A DNA stretch of 64,000 nt, taken from Paraspadella gotoi. Lineage: Eukaryota; Animalia; Chaetognatha. Both the position numbers and the translations under genes were made by a program. Positions 50,706 to 64,000 of the stretch are shown piece by piece. Numbering within the stretch: the first letter of the stretch is position 1; every line of letters begins with the position of its first letter. The stretch is taken from the NCBI GenBank assembly GCA_051294375.1, contig CM119264.1, positions 4,439,606 through 4,503,605 of the forward strand, written 5' to 3'. Below the pieces are notes generated by a model that had not been told where the DNA came from, did not search any database, and worked only from the letters and a program-made list of their open reading frames with translations.

Positions 50706-53475
50706 CCTCTCTCCTCTCTCCCTCCGTCTCCCTCCTTGAGAAGGGAATTGTGAAAAGGAGGAAGTAGCTCCTATAATCTCTTTTAGTGCCTTCTTTCCTT
50801 TTTCCTCAATTCGTCTCTTCCTTTTTTTCTTTTCTTATTTTTTCTTTTTTACTTTTAAAGTTTGGTGTTTTTGAATTGAACGGAAAAGGGACTCTGGGGG
50901 GAGGATGAGAAATTCAGAAGGTAATTTTTAGCTTGTTTGTATGTTGCGTGTTTTCCTTTCTTTTTAAATAAACTTTTCTTTCTTTTTTTTTCTTTCCTTC
51001 CTTTTTTCTTTCTGTCTCTTATTCTCTTTCTTTCTTCTTTTTTACTCTTTCTTTTTTCTAGTTTTTTTTTCTTTCTTTATTTTATTTCTTTTATACTTTT
51101 ATATTTTTATCTTTCTTTCATTTTTACAACCTTTTTTACATCTTGGATATCCTTGATTATCTTTACCTACAATGACAACAAATACGAATGAAAAAACAAA
51201 CAACAAAAAACAAACAAAACATCTTAAACAAATTAATTATAGGCGACGATCCTCTTACTTCTCTTTAATTATCACATTAATGAATCATAGCACCATTATC
51301 ACAATAATAATTTATCAAATCTTCATCTTCATCATCATCAATCAATCATACATCAATCCATCCAATCATCACATCATCATCATCATCATCAGCATCTCAT
51401 CTTCATCAGCTTCTTTCGAAAACGCTGAGGCAATGTGAAAGGCTTTTTCACAGACTCAATGGGGTGAAAGGAAAGTGTGTTCCTTCACAGAAATCCTTTA
51501 ATCCTTTTGAGGACAAAGGACAATCTCCTTGAACCCGACGCTTCAATGCGGTTTTTCTATTTTACCTCTCTTTCTTTTTTCCAAATTCTTATTTTCTGTC
51601 TGCTGTCTGTAATGTCTGTATGTCGATCAGGTCTCCTTATTTTTTTTTCTTTCTTTCTATTTTTTATTTCTTCTTTCTTCTCTTCTTTCTTTCTATTCTT
51701 TTTGTTTTCTCTTTCTTTCTTTCCTTTTCTTTCTTTTTTCTTTCTTCATTCTTTCTTCTTCTTCTCTTTTCTTTCTTCCAAATCATCTTTCTCTCTCTCT
51801 CTCTCGTCTCTCTCTCTCTCGTCTATCTCGTCCTCTCTCGTCTCTCTCTCTTCTTCTCTTCTCTCCTCTTCCTTCTCTTCTCCTCTCTCCTGCCCCCTCC
51901 TTCTCTGTCCTTAATCACCCTTATCTGTATTTAAAAACGTCTACGTGGCAGATATGTTTAGAGTATTTTGTCAGAGGCGTCCTCGACCTTCATTTGTTCT
52001 CTTTTTCTCTGCTCTCTCCTCTCTCTATCCTCTCCTCTCTCTCTCTCCTCTTCTTTTCCCTTACCTCTCTCCGTCGTCTCTCTCTCATCTCTCATCTCTC
52101 TCTCTAAAACTTAAATCTGCAACTTTTTACGGGACTGCACAATAATCGTCGAGAAAACACGATGATCGCGTCGTCGTCGTCGTCGGTCGTTTGCGTCGTC
52201 GTCATCTTTGACAGAAGAAGTGAGAAGTGAAATGGAAAAACGTCTACAGAGACTTCGATGGATCTCTCTCTCTCTCTTCTCTCTTCTCTCTCTCTCTCAC
52301 TCTTCCTCTCTCTCCTCTCTCTCTCTCTAAAATAGTTTTTCCTTCCTTCAGCTTAAATAAAAATACAAGAACGCGTGATTCCAGATGTGTTGCGCCGTAG
52401 TGACTTTATTTTCACGGTGTATTTCCGCTTTGATCATCATAAATATGATATGACATGACATGATGATATAAATTATGTGCTAATGAGTGAAACTGAGAAA
52501 TTAAATATTTTTTTAAATATATCACTGTTCTTAAGTATAGACTGTTCATGACCAAACTCTTCGAATTTTGAATACTGTAACTTTCACTACGGCCTTATAA
52601 TCACATCACAGATTTTAATTCACCTAAGCCTAAGGGGTGGAATCAAGTTGTTTATAAATCTAAAAAAAAAAAAATTAATCAAACTAATGATTTTTTTTTT
52701 TTCGGCTGTGAATCTTTTTATAGTCCTTTCGGTCGTTCTGTCGGTCGGTGGTTGTTACTTTTGTTAAGACAGAAATAAACCTCAATTAAGGGACTGCTCG
52801 CGCCGCCTTCAGACAAATCTTTAAAAACTCAATATACTACCCGTAGCTGTATTAAAAGAGGACAAATAAAGGAACGGAATTTTGATGCAGTCATGTAATA
52901 ATATACGGGCTAGAAAGTTATTGTAGTCATGTAGTCATGTTAAAGTCCACGTCCTTGTCAATGTCATGTTACGGGTCATATCATGTCATGTCCACGCAGA
53001 GTACAACGTGTAAACGCAGTCACTGCGGCGGCATACACACATTTGAATTACCGTCTTGTTTTTTTTTTCGCTGAAGCGAAATTCGAAATTTGGTTCGAAT
53101 TCGCTTTTTTTGATTTTTCATTCCCATAAATTCGAAGAAGAACGGAAAGAACGAATCCAAAAGAAGTTTATTCTCACTCCCCTGACTCTATAAGACGTTT
53201 TACTTATTTTTATCTGTAATCTGTCTGACTATCTGTCTGAATATCTGTTGTATTTAGTTTCGTGGAAATTTCGTATAAAAAAGTGAAATTTTAAAAAGTA
53301 AAATTCGTTATGGTTCAGAACCACAAACAGTTTAAACTTAAATTTCTCACGTCTTCTCTCACCATTTCTTGCTAATTAGCTATTGTTTTTTTATTATTCT
53401 TGTCATGGTTAGGACAGAATTATATAATTTTTTGGTACTGGATAATCTTGAACTTTAGGTGGACTAAATCCCACC

Positions 53476-53653
53476 AAACCGTTCATCAGCGGCCATTGGT
53501 ACGCACGGAGGCAAGTCATTCGCCTCCCAACACAAAGGCCCGGGGTTCTAGCCCGGTGGTCCTGGCAGTTAAGAGGGACGGGCTAACTGCCCCTTAACAT
53601 GGTGTTACAGCTGATCCGAAACTCAGGGGACTAGCTTATATTGAAACTGGTTC
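53476..53653 (+). mobile_element. Noisy copy of the tRNA-like SINE within the fold-back arm
   Basis: Reverse complement of 44041-44217. Confidence 0.6.
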
Positions 53654-54030
53654 CTGGGTCACTACACATAACAATATCAACTCTCTCTTCAGGCTTCGTT
53701 TTATTTGAAACACTGATTTACATTTTATTCTCTGCTTCGTTTTGCATGATACTTACAACTTCTTTGCCGATAATTTTTATAAATTGTTTGTAGATTTTTA
53801 TTCAATATTCCAGTTTAAACTCGTTTTCTCTGTCTCATGTCTCTTGGTGTGTCCTCGCTCTCCGCCGTTCTCCATCGCTTCCTCTAAAACTGACATTTTA
53901 AATAGACCGCATCCACAAAACGTTGATCAACACTGCACAATAAAACATCACAGAACCGGTGAACGTCTCTTCCTCTTCAAACAGGAAGAAAGGAAACGGT
54001 TAACCCTCCAACTCATGCCTCACGCTTCTC

Positions 54031-54066
<36 letters not shown>

Positions 54067-54874
54067 AGAGAGGAGAGAGAGAGAGTTTTTCTTTGAATCT
54101 TTTTATAAAAAAAACTCCTTCGAATTTATTCCCGCGACGAAGAAAGAAAAGGGTAGAGGAAAAAGAGATGAAAAATATAGAGAAAGAAAAAAGAGAAATA
54201 AGAAGAAGTAAAACGGGAGATAAAAAAGATAAAAAAAATGGCGGGAAAAGACTCCATTCAGAATCCGAAGCGCAGAAATAAACGAAAATTTTCCTTCCTC
54301 CAGTTCGCGCCATAAACCTCTGCTGGTCGCGAAAAAGCGGGAGAAAAACGACGGGCCGTGCGTGGTAGGGGTCGGTGGGGGAGAGACGGGGAACAGGGGG
54401 CAGGAGGGAGAGAGAGAGGGGGGAAGGAGGAAAGTATGGACTCATGAGGAGGGCATGAATGGAGGGGAATTGATCGGGAGAATTTGCAGAGGTAGGGATC
54501 GGGGAAAGTTAGGATGGTGCGAAATAGAGCGAGGAAGGAAAGAAAATCAGTAGGGACTTAAAGTGTTTTGGCAAAAAAGAAATAAAATGAAAAAAGTTAA
54601 ATAAAAAAACGAAAGAAAACAATAAAACAGATATTGAAGCCATTTTAGGATATGATACAAGTTAAAAAAAAAACTATAAAAGAATAATAAAGGAAAACAG
54701 ACTAATGAAAGAAAGAAAGATGAAGTAAACAAAGAGTGAAGAGAAAATAAAAACCAGAAAGTTAATAGAAAAAAGAAGCAGGGACAAAAGAAAACGACAT
54801 GGCACAGAAAACAACTCCTCAGAGAGAGAAGAGAGAGAGAGAGAGTAGAAGAGAGAGAGAAGAGGAGAGAGAGA

Positions 54875-54912
<38 letters not shown>

Positions 54913-55529
54913 ATGATGGGCCCGTTGAAAGCACGATCATGAAAACCGGGAAGGACAGAAAATTGGAGTATTTGCAAATGGGCCATTTTCGGGATTTATG
55001 GCTCTCGTGTATGGTAATGAAAATTGTATTGTGCCCGGTTGACTTTTTGAAATTACGGGAAAAACTACTGAAAGATGCGTGATACACCGAAAAAATAAAG
55101 AAAAAAATATTCAAACATACTATAATAAGTAGAATAGTCCCCATTCCAAAAAAGTTTTTTTTTTGTTGCAATCAATTTTTAATTGTGGCAGATATCTTTT
55201 AGTAAATGAGGAAAGTTTTGATTTTCGAGACGGGAATGTGTTTTTAATTTAAATTTGTTATATTTTTTTGTTTATATTTGTTTAGATTTGTTTTTGTTTA
55301 TATTTGTTAGATTGTTTATGTTATTATTTCATTAAACCTCAGTCAACTCCCCTTTCCACCCAGAAATTCAGGCGAAAGCCGACGGTCGGTTAATAAGGAA
55401 CTCGCGCCTTTCAAAAAAATATACAAAAATATTTAAAAAACTTTAAAATTACACACACACACTCCCTGACACGCGTACACATACTCTCTCTCTCTTTCTC
55501 CTCTCTTATTTCTTTCTCTCTTTCTCTCT

Positions 55530-55560
<31 letters not shown>

Positions 55561-55568
55561 GTCTCTCT

Positions 55569-55601
<33 letters not shown>

Positions 55602-56493
55602 TTCGTAAAATTATATTCAACGGGCTGGCGTTATTATCTGCCGTTGTGACCTCCTCAGCCATCAATCCCCTCATCCCGCCTTTTCTTTTCTTTATTCTCT
55701 TGTTATCCTTTTTTTTTCTTTTCCTCTCCTAAAATGTTTTACATTTTTTACTCTCATCCCTCCTAATTTCCATTCCTTTTTTTTATTCGTTCTTTATTTA
55801 CTTTCTTAACTATATTCCATTATTTTCTACCTCTCATTTCAGTTTTTTTTCTTCCAATTCATAATATCATTTTTCTTTGTTCTTTTTTCTTTCATAATCG
55901 TTTTAATTCTTATAGAGATTTAATTTTTTATAAGAATAAATTTTTTTATCATCTCTTCGACTTCTCTCATTTTTCTCTAATTTAACTTTTTTCCTTTTTT
56001 CTAAATTTTATATATTTCTTTTACTCTTTATATTTTGGTCTTCCTCTACCCTTTTCCCCCATCTCCTATTCGGCGCATTCTCTTGGATCCCCTTAAAGTG
56101 AAGGCGAGAGTCCGTGAAAAGAATAATGCGCCTTTTCCTTCAAAACAACGACATCCTTTTTGTCGTCCGTCGTCGTCGGTCGTCGTCGTCGTCGTCTCTA
56201 CTACGGTCGTCGTTTCTCATCGTCGTCCGCCGTCGTCGTAAACATCATTCTCAGGCGTCTTTTAGTCACTTGATTCCGACGTCTTCGTCAACGAGCTGTT
56301 GTTATTTGTTGTTGGTGTTGTTTGTAAGTTTTTGTTAAGAAAAAAAAGATATATCGAAAAATGACCAAGATGAGAATCTCACTCAGACTGAAGAAAAGAC
56401 AGAAAGGAAATTCAGACAGACAGACAGAAAGAGAGACACAAGGACAGAACAGCGCCGAAGACAAACAGACTGACGACCTCACCATTTTCTCAC

Positions 56494-57480
56494 ACGAGTT
56501 TAGAAGAGACGCAATCGAAACCCGAACGGTCGTTCCTCCGGCACGACAGTGGGTGAAACTGTTTGGATCTCCGCCCGCCGACGTCGTCGTCGACGAAGGC
56601 GACGTTCCAACAGCGTCGTCAACAGCGACGCCGCGCCATCAACGCCAGCCGCGGCGAGGCCACGACGCCGCGGTGATCGAAATCAGCGCAGCGTGCCACG
56701 GAACGCCACGCCAGCGTATTAGTGTTGAACCGCTGAAGCGTGGGTGCGCGTGTCGCTCGAGTGGCGCCGAGAGAAAATGTTCAAGGTTTGAAAAAATTCT
56801 GAGAAGACGAGATGACGACGTACGACGCGAAGAACGACGACGAAGACGACGACGATGTCGTCTTTCTTCTACTCGAAAAGATTGATGATCTTAGAAAAGT
56901 TTGGGAGTTGGGTTCGCGTGGGAATAAGAAAAGGACCGAGCGTACGTTATCGACGACGACGACGACGACGCACGATGAACGAACGACGACGCGAAAACGA
57001 ACGACGCGACACGACGAAAACGACGACACCTCTCGTCCCAATCCTTCGTCTTCCTTCCTTGAAAATCTTCTCCGTTTGGAGAATTTGAGTCAAAAGGAGT
57101 CAACAACGAAAAACCGGCGCCAAAAATGATGGACGACCGTCAATTTCTCGGGAATATCGCCACGGCCGGTTGAGCGGCGTCGGGTCGACGGTAGAATGAC
57201 AGGGCCAGTTAACGCTAGGGACGGACGTCGTTTTACAGGATGTGACACGGCGATCCTGACGCCAATTTTAAATGCGGTTTGACGCTGTGACGGAGAACGA
57301 TTGTTGACGCAGTGATACCAGATTGTTAAGCAGTGATTTACCGATTTTGGTCGCGTCAACGCGGTCAGAGTTCTTCCCCATCGCCGACGTCAAAGTTCGA
57401 CCGCCCGAGTAGACGTGAGACGAGACGGGACGGCGGACGAAATGCGGAGACGATGAAGATTCGAACCATGTGGGCGCCAT
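56494..57480 (-). other. Error-rich inverted copy of exon 40403-41321 (likely artefactual duplicate)
   Basis: Colinear reverse complement with scattered single-base indels, lying inside the fold-back arm. Confidence 0.8.
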
Positions 57481-57777
57481 CTGGTGAGAAAAAGAAAATA
57501 ATGTAAGATAAATTAATGGCGGCGAAATAATATATAATATACTACATACAAGCGAGAAAGTGATATGAAAGCGCGAGTTGGATTTTTTTTTCTTTTAAGA
57601 CGCCAAATGTTTTTCATTTTTCTCTTCTGCTGATGGATGACGCTGATCGGAAGGTGGTAAGATAGATAGATAGTAGATAGATAAGAATAGATAGATAGAT
57701 GATAGATAGAATAGATAGATAGATAGAATAGATATATAGAAATATAAGAAAGATTAGATAGATATGATTAGATAGAC

Positions 57778-57824
<47 letters not shown>

Positions 57825-58103
57825 GACCGAAACATGCGCGTTTTTTGCCAAAGAATGTAAATGTGTTTGCTGTTTTGGGGGGCGAAAGGGGTGAAATCAT
57901 ATTTCCAACGAGGGAAGAAGAGAAGAATAAAGAAATAAGGAAGGCGCCTTTTTGCACCTGGAAGCGAGGTCGGCGGCACCCGGCCCGCGGCGTCGCTGGC
58001 AACCTGCCGTCGGTGGCGCCTCGCTCGGCGAAAGATTCCGAAAACAAACAGAGGAGGAGTAAACAGACAAAGAGTCGGGTAGCAGCGAGAGTGTATTAAT
58101 CAT

Positions 58104-58193
<90 letters not shown>

Positions 58194-58734
58194 GAGAAAG
58201 AGAGAGAGAGAGAGAAAGAGAAGAGGAGAGGAAGAGAGAGAGAGAGAGATGAGAGGAGAGGGAGAGAGAGAGAGAGAGAGGGAAAGGTGAGAGAGAGGAG
58301 AAGAAAGGGTGACGGTTCCATTTAATTCATGGACGGAAAAGCGATTCAGCGATCTATCTCTCTCTCTCTCTTTCTCTTCTCTCTCTCTCTCTTCTCCTCA
58401 TCTCTCTCTCTGGGTTGTGGAATATTCGGGGGCGGACGTCTGGCGAAAAAAAAATGATTGGCTGACGAACGAAAAGCCACAGAATAAATCGCGGCAATTT
58501 TTTTTTCGATTCTTTTATTATTTGTTGAGGGAATTTTTTCGACGATAGATGGAGGCAAAATCAAAAGTTAAAGTCGCTTGGCAACGGGCTATTTCGCGTC
58601 CGCCGTTGTCGTCGTCCTCGTCTTCATCGCCGTCCTTCGTCGTTGTCCTCGACATCCTCCTCCTCCTCCTCCTCCTCCTTCAATTCCCCAGCATCACTTC
58701 CCTCGGTGATCATGGACATCACGACTCTTTATCG

Positions 58735-58905
58735 ACTCATTACATCCGGGTTCTTTAACGATCTCGTATTACATACGGATTCTCTATCGCTTACTTCTCT
58801 TTATATCTATCGCGAGTTACATCCGGATTTTCGCTGGTTACATTCGATCTTTCTAGCTATCGCGAGTTACATCCGGATTTTCTCACTAACCCCAGTTACA
58901 TCCTT
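58735..58905. repeat. Short tandem repeat with ttacat.cggattt core
   Basis: The core recurs at ~58740, 58770, 58817, 58838 and 58867. tatcgcgagttacatccggattttc occurs twice, 50 bp apart. Confidence 0.65.
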
Positions 58906-59239
58906 CGCGGTCAAACCGAGCCAATTCCCATTTCTCGCTTGGCGGGAATCAAGGCCATTTTCTCCCGTTCGTTTTTACCCTCGTAATTTTTCTCTCTTCT
59001 TCCATCGTTGCGCGATGGAATCCGTCGCATGACTTTTGTTTCCACCTCTCCCTTCTTCCGCGGAATTCGCTCCGCCATTGTTATCTCTTATTGCCCTTTT
59101 CTCTTATCTTCTTTTCTCTTCTTCCTCTTCCTCTCATCCCCTCTCTTGTCCCTTCCATACCCCAAGCGTCCTCGGCCCCTTCCAGCGGCCTTCATCATCG
59201 ATGCTTCCAAGTTTTCCTTTCTTCCTTTTTTTTAAAGAG

Positions 59240-61824
59240 AGAGCATCCATATACTCTCTTCTATTCTATCTCTTCTCTCTCCCTCTTTCTTTTCACTCTT
59301 CATCAACCTTTTTTCGTTCTCACCGTCATCTCCCTTTCTCACCCTCCATCCTCCCTTTCTCGTCCTTCCCCTCTTCTTCAAATTTTCGACAATTTTTCCA
59401 CAAATCTTTTATCCGGTCGACGCAATAATCCAATTTCTTCTCTCAATTTCCCAACGCGTCTTTCGGCTCTTTAAAATCGTTTTTCAGCTCGCGAAGGGAA
59501 ACAAGAACAAAATGAGAACCAAGAACAATAACGAGAACAATATAAAGAACCAAAAGCATATAACCAAAGATAAAGAACAAGAACCGAGGAAAAATCACTT
59601 ATGAGAGAGTAAATATCAAGTATAAATACTAGAAATATACTTACTAGCAAATACAAAGATAGGTTAGACTCTAGCAGTATTCGACACGTATAAATTTAAT
59701 ATTTTTCTATCGATGCCGAAAAGTATAATAATAGCGGAGAATTATGATGATCTCTCAAAAAACAAGAGCTTTTTGTAAAATATTTACTGATATGGAAAAT
59801 ACAAAAAAAAGAAAATATTTTTATATTTTTATTAAAAATCATATGGTACTGTATAGGGATAGTCTCTAATCTAAAACATAATCGCGAAAGAAGAATCTCC
59901 ATATCAAATAAGAACAAATATTGGATAGTAACGATGAGACAGCAGCAATATTTCAATAAGTTGTTGGCAAAAACTTAGGCCTTACCTCGCAAAAAAGCCT
60001 CTGCGTTAACAGGACAATGAAATGGGTTTTCTCTCAACAAAATATGATCATCTGGATTCCCAAAATGATAGCGAAAAATGCGCCAGCAGCAGTTCTGGCG
60101 ATAGTCATATATATATTTTCTTATGTATAATTTAAGGGCTATGAATCATAATATATGTATACAAACTGATATAATATATATATAATGATTCTTAAGATTT
60201 ATTCATTAGCCTTTTTTTCTGGCTACAGACAATACCTCCTTTAGCTAAATATACTTGATACCTATAATTATCTATTAAATGGGTAAATATCTTATTTACA
60301 GTCTTTTTTCTAACAAGTTCAAATATAAACCTAAAGAACCATTGTTGCATCCACATTTTGATACTTTTAATTAAAAATTGGATCCAGTGACTTTTACGTG
60401 GTGTTCTTTGTTTTCTTTTTATCTATATTTGAGAATTTATTTCCGGTATTCGTTTTTTCTTTGATAAGAATCAAAACCCGAAAAATAATCGACTTATAAT
60501 CATAGATTGGCAGTGTAATAAAATAAAGAGAAAAAGAAACAGGGAGGGAAACGGGAAGAGATGAGAGATAAATGGCGCAGTTTTTAACGGGTCAATGTTA
60601 CGCCTTCTTACGCAAAAGCAATTTTAACTTAATAGCTTTATTTGGAAAATGAAAAAGTTTTTAGCGCCACTCAAAGAATTAAATGATTTTAAATATGGTT
60701 TTCATTTCAATTCCTTAAGCGCCATTCTAGCGCCAAAACCTGTATAAAAAAAAAGCCGGGAAAAATATTTAAATCAACTTAACTGGAGTAGTTTTTACTA
60801 AAAAAATAAAACAAAAGTCTTTACGCGCACAGAATTAGATAATATTTTATATCGTTTTTTGTTAATTGTTACGCCATTCTACGCCACATCTTGTATAAAA
60901 AATAGCCGGATAAAATCTTTAAAAACTATTTAACCGGAATACTATTTAACACAAGAAAATAAATCAGAAAGACTCTACGCATTCATCAGTTGATATATAT
61001 TTAATACACGGTTTTACCTCATTTCACGCCATAATTTAACGCCTCACAATTCTTTCCAAAGTTAAATATAAACATTTACTACCCTTATTTACATGAATAT
61101 ACTTTAAAATTTCGCTTTTTTGAAAATCATTAACGCAACATATTGTAACTATGAATAATACGGTTGTCTGGCCTAGTTTTTAGCCGCCAACCAGCGCACA
61201 ACAAACACCAGTAAAATAAAACGAAATAAATCTGAATCCAATACTACTATAGTATTATTAATTCAAAAAATAGCGATTTCAAAAAAATTTTTTGTTGAGT
61301 ATCCCTTAGACAGCAGAGAAAGGAGGCAGAAACGTTACTTCCAAATTGAACGTAAATCAGTTGTCGTAAATCAATATTAAAGGCAACTTGGAATTAAACA
61401 TTAAAGTACACTCGTTAGGCTTAATATAAAGGTTTAAAAACCATTCGTATGAACAAAATCAGTATTTTTAAAATTTTTGTGCAATACCCTAACAAAGACA
61501 AGAAGAAAAAAAAGAATTTTCAAAATCATCGAATTTAACGAGTAAGGGAGAGGAGTATGGTAAGGGCCGGGTAAGGTTTAAAGCTGGATTTTCTAAATGT
61601 ATTCACAACCTTCGAGCGTTCAGAGCTTCTTCGATATATGTCACTTTTCGGTGTCGGTAATGTCGGTCCTTCGGTCTGTCCCACTTACGTTAAAAATGCT
61701 CATAACTTGCAAATATGTTGTTTCTTTTGTCAAGAACAAGAAAAAACATAAATCTAATGGACTGCTGCGCGCCTTCAGGAAATCCTAAAACTATAAAGAA
61801 TAAAAAAACAAAATCGGTGCCAGA
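59240..61824 (+). repeat. Direct copy of ~62800-63760 interrupted by ~1.9 kb of extra sequence
   Basis: 59380-59580 matches 63180-63400, and 61492-61820 matches 63430-63760. The segment ~59590-61490 is absent from the second copy. Confidence 0.85.
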
Positions 61825-63574
61825 NNNNNNNNNNNNNNNNNNNNNNNNNTTTATTGCTTTTTTGCTGTTTTCTTTTTCTTTTTCCTTTTCCTTTTTAGCT
61901 TCTCTCTTCCTTCTCTCTTCTCTTCTCTCTCTCTCTCTCCTCATGCTCTCTCTCTTTCTCTGCTCTCTCTCTCCTCTCTCTCTCTCTCTTCTCTCTCTCT
62001 CTTCTCTCTCTCTCTCTTCATCCGTCTCTCGGGATTTTCAAGGTTTTGTTTGATAAGAAGAATTAAGTTTAGAGACGGTCCGTTCGTTTAACTTGGTCAC
62101 CAAGGCCCAATAAAAATAGAGGAGAAAGAGGGGAAGGAAACAAGTAAGGTCTGTGAGAGAGAGGAGGAGGAGAAGAGAGGAGAGAGAGAGAGAGAGAGAG
62201 AGAGGAGATGAGAGAGAGAGAGAGAGAGAGAGAAGATGGGAGACCTGAACAAAGATTAAAAGAAACGTTATAGAGAAATCTAATTTAGCGTCGAGGTGAA
62301 AAAACCGGAGAAGGTGTCAGAAGAAAAATAAAAAAATCGAATGAAAAATCGATCCTTTTTTGTTTTCCAACTGATTTTTTATTCTCTTTTTCTTTTTCCA
62401 GCTCATGTATCTTTCAAAAGAGTAAAAAAACATGTTGTAATTTTTTTTTCTTCTTTCCTTTTTTTTTCTTCTCTTTTTTTTCTTCCTTCTTTTCCTTCCT
62501 TATTCAAGGGGAGGGTGTGTCCCAGGCTCTCTTATTTGGCATTTGCTCTCAAACTAATGAGATTAATTTGAATTTTTCTTTCGGTGTCTCTGTTTGTTTT
62601 TCCTCAATTCCTTTTTTTTTGCAGAAGCCAATCCGAGTGAATTCACGTGAAGGTCTTTTCGACCGTTGACAAGGGAATTGCTAAGATGTCTAATACGAAG
62701 TTCATAATGTCACCTCTCGGTATCTTTCTCGTTTTTAGGAATGATTCTATTTTTAAAAAATGATTTCATCTACTTGCTCGACACTCGATTTGCGCCTCTA
62801 TGAATTTTCCTCTTTTCTCTTTCTCTTCCTCTCTCTCTTCACTGCTCTTCCTATCTCTTCTATCTCTCTTCGCTTCCTTTCGTTCTCTGCTTTGTTCTTT
62901 TCTCCTCTCTCTTCTCTCTCTCTCTCTCTCTCTCTCTTACTCTCTCTCTCTCTCTCTCTCTGCTCTCTCTTCTCTATCTCTCTTCTCTCGCTTTTCTCTT
63001 TTCTCTCTTCCTATTTACCTATCTCTCTTTCTATTCTTCTCTTTCTCTCTCCCTCTTTCCTTTTTCCCCCTCTTCTCCCCTTCCTCCTTCTTCTCCCTTC
63101 TTCTCCCTCTTCTCCCCTTCTCCTCCCTCCTTCTCCCCCTTCCTCCTCCCTCTTCTACCCCCTCCTCCCCTTCTTCTTCAATTTTTCGACAATTTTTCCA
63201 CAAATCTTTTCGTCGACGCAATAATTCAATTTCTTCTCTCAATTTCCCAACGCGTCTTTCGGCTTTTATCGGTTTTTCGCCTCGCGAGGGAAACAAGGAA
63301 CAAGAACACAAATGAGAACGAAAACAAGAACATAACGAGAACAGATAAAAGAACAAGAGCAATAACAAAAAAAGATAAAGAACAAGAACGAGAAAAAGAT
63401 GAGGACATAAACAGAAAAAATTACAATGACAAGACAAAAAGAAAAAAAAGAATTTTCAAAATCTCGAATTTAACGAGTAGGGAGGAGTATGGTAAGGGCC
63501 GGGTAAGGTTTAAAGCTGGATTTTCTAAATGTATTCCAACCTTCGAGCGTTCAGAGCTTCTTCTTCGATATATG

Positions 63575-63987
63575 TCACTTTTCGGTCGGTCGGTATGTCG
63601 GTCCTTCGGTCTGTCCCACTTACGTTAAAAATGCTCATAACTTGCAAATAGTTGGTTGCTCTTTTGTCAAGACAAGAAAAACATCTAAATCTAATGGACT
63701 GCTCGCGCCGCCTTCAGGAAATCCTAAAACTATAAAGAATAAAAAAAACAAATTCTCGGCTGTAGTTCGTGTCAGAAATACACGGGCTTAGAAAGTTAGT
63801 GTAGTTCATGAAGTCACGTCGCGTCATCTCATGTCATGTTCATGGTTCGTGTCAGAAATACACGGGCTTAGAAAGTTAGTGTAGTCATGAAGTCACGTCG
63901 CGTCATCTCATGTCATGTCATGTCACGAGAAATACGCGTGATTAGGCAGTCACTGCGGCGCAAAAAATTTGAGTTACCGTTCTTATT
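63575..63987 (-). mobile_element. Second member of the same repeat family, with an internal 80-bp tandem duplication
   Basis: gtcacttttcggtcggtcgg (63575), ggactgctcgcgccgccttcag (63696) and gcagtcactgcggcgcaa...tttga.ttaccgttctt are reverse complements of motifs in 44613-44942. The segment from 63765 is repeated from 63845. Confidence 0.6.
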
Positions 63988-64000
63988 AAATCTCATTTCT

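Larger units (their letters stand above)
47880..58578 (-). repeat. Right (noisy, ungapped) arm of large inverted duplication
   Basis: For example, 50417 taaatcgactcgttttc is the reverse complement of 47426-47442, and 58545 gatagatggaggca is the reverse complement of ~39328-39341. The arm carries frequent 1-bp indels and has sequence where the left arm has Ns. Confidence 0.95.

Noticed and set aside
56494-57480. Pseudogene paralogue of the Ig-like exon
   Set aside because: Its indels have the same density as in the flanking non-coding sequence of the noisy arm, which fits read error rather than evolutionary decay.

Overview
Eukaryotic (animal-like, CpG-undepleted, microsatellite-dense) genomic scaffold, not a prokaryotic locus. 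It is a patchwork of clean short contigs separated by N gaps and long error-rich stretches that look like uncorrected long reads, bounded by five gaps of exactly 25 N. Almost all ORFs in the track are artefacts of (AG)n, (AAAG)n and (ACG)n repeats or of N runs. Supported biology: (1) a roughly 8.7 kb BEL/Pao-like LTR retrotransposon (~28755-37450, + strand), recognisable only through frameshifted motifs and direct terminal repeats; (2) a 919-nt splice-site-bounded open exon (40403-41321, +) ending in a signal-like segment and the start of an Ig-like domain; (3) a short tRNA-Gly-like SINE family (44041-44217, with a diverged copy at 7011-7126); (4) a non-autonomous repeat with inverted ends (44613-45286, with a relative at 63575-63987); (5) several minisatellites and CCAAT clusters. 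The largest structure is a fold-back in which 47880-58578 is a noisy reverse complement of 39299-47664. This and two other clean/noisy duplications are most likely assembly artefacts. All alignments were done by eye, and I cannot support a novel multi-gene system here.
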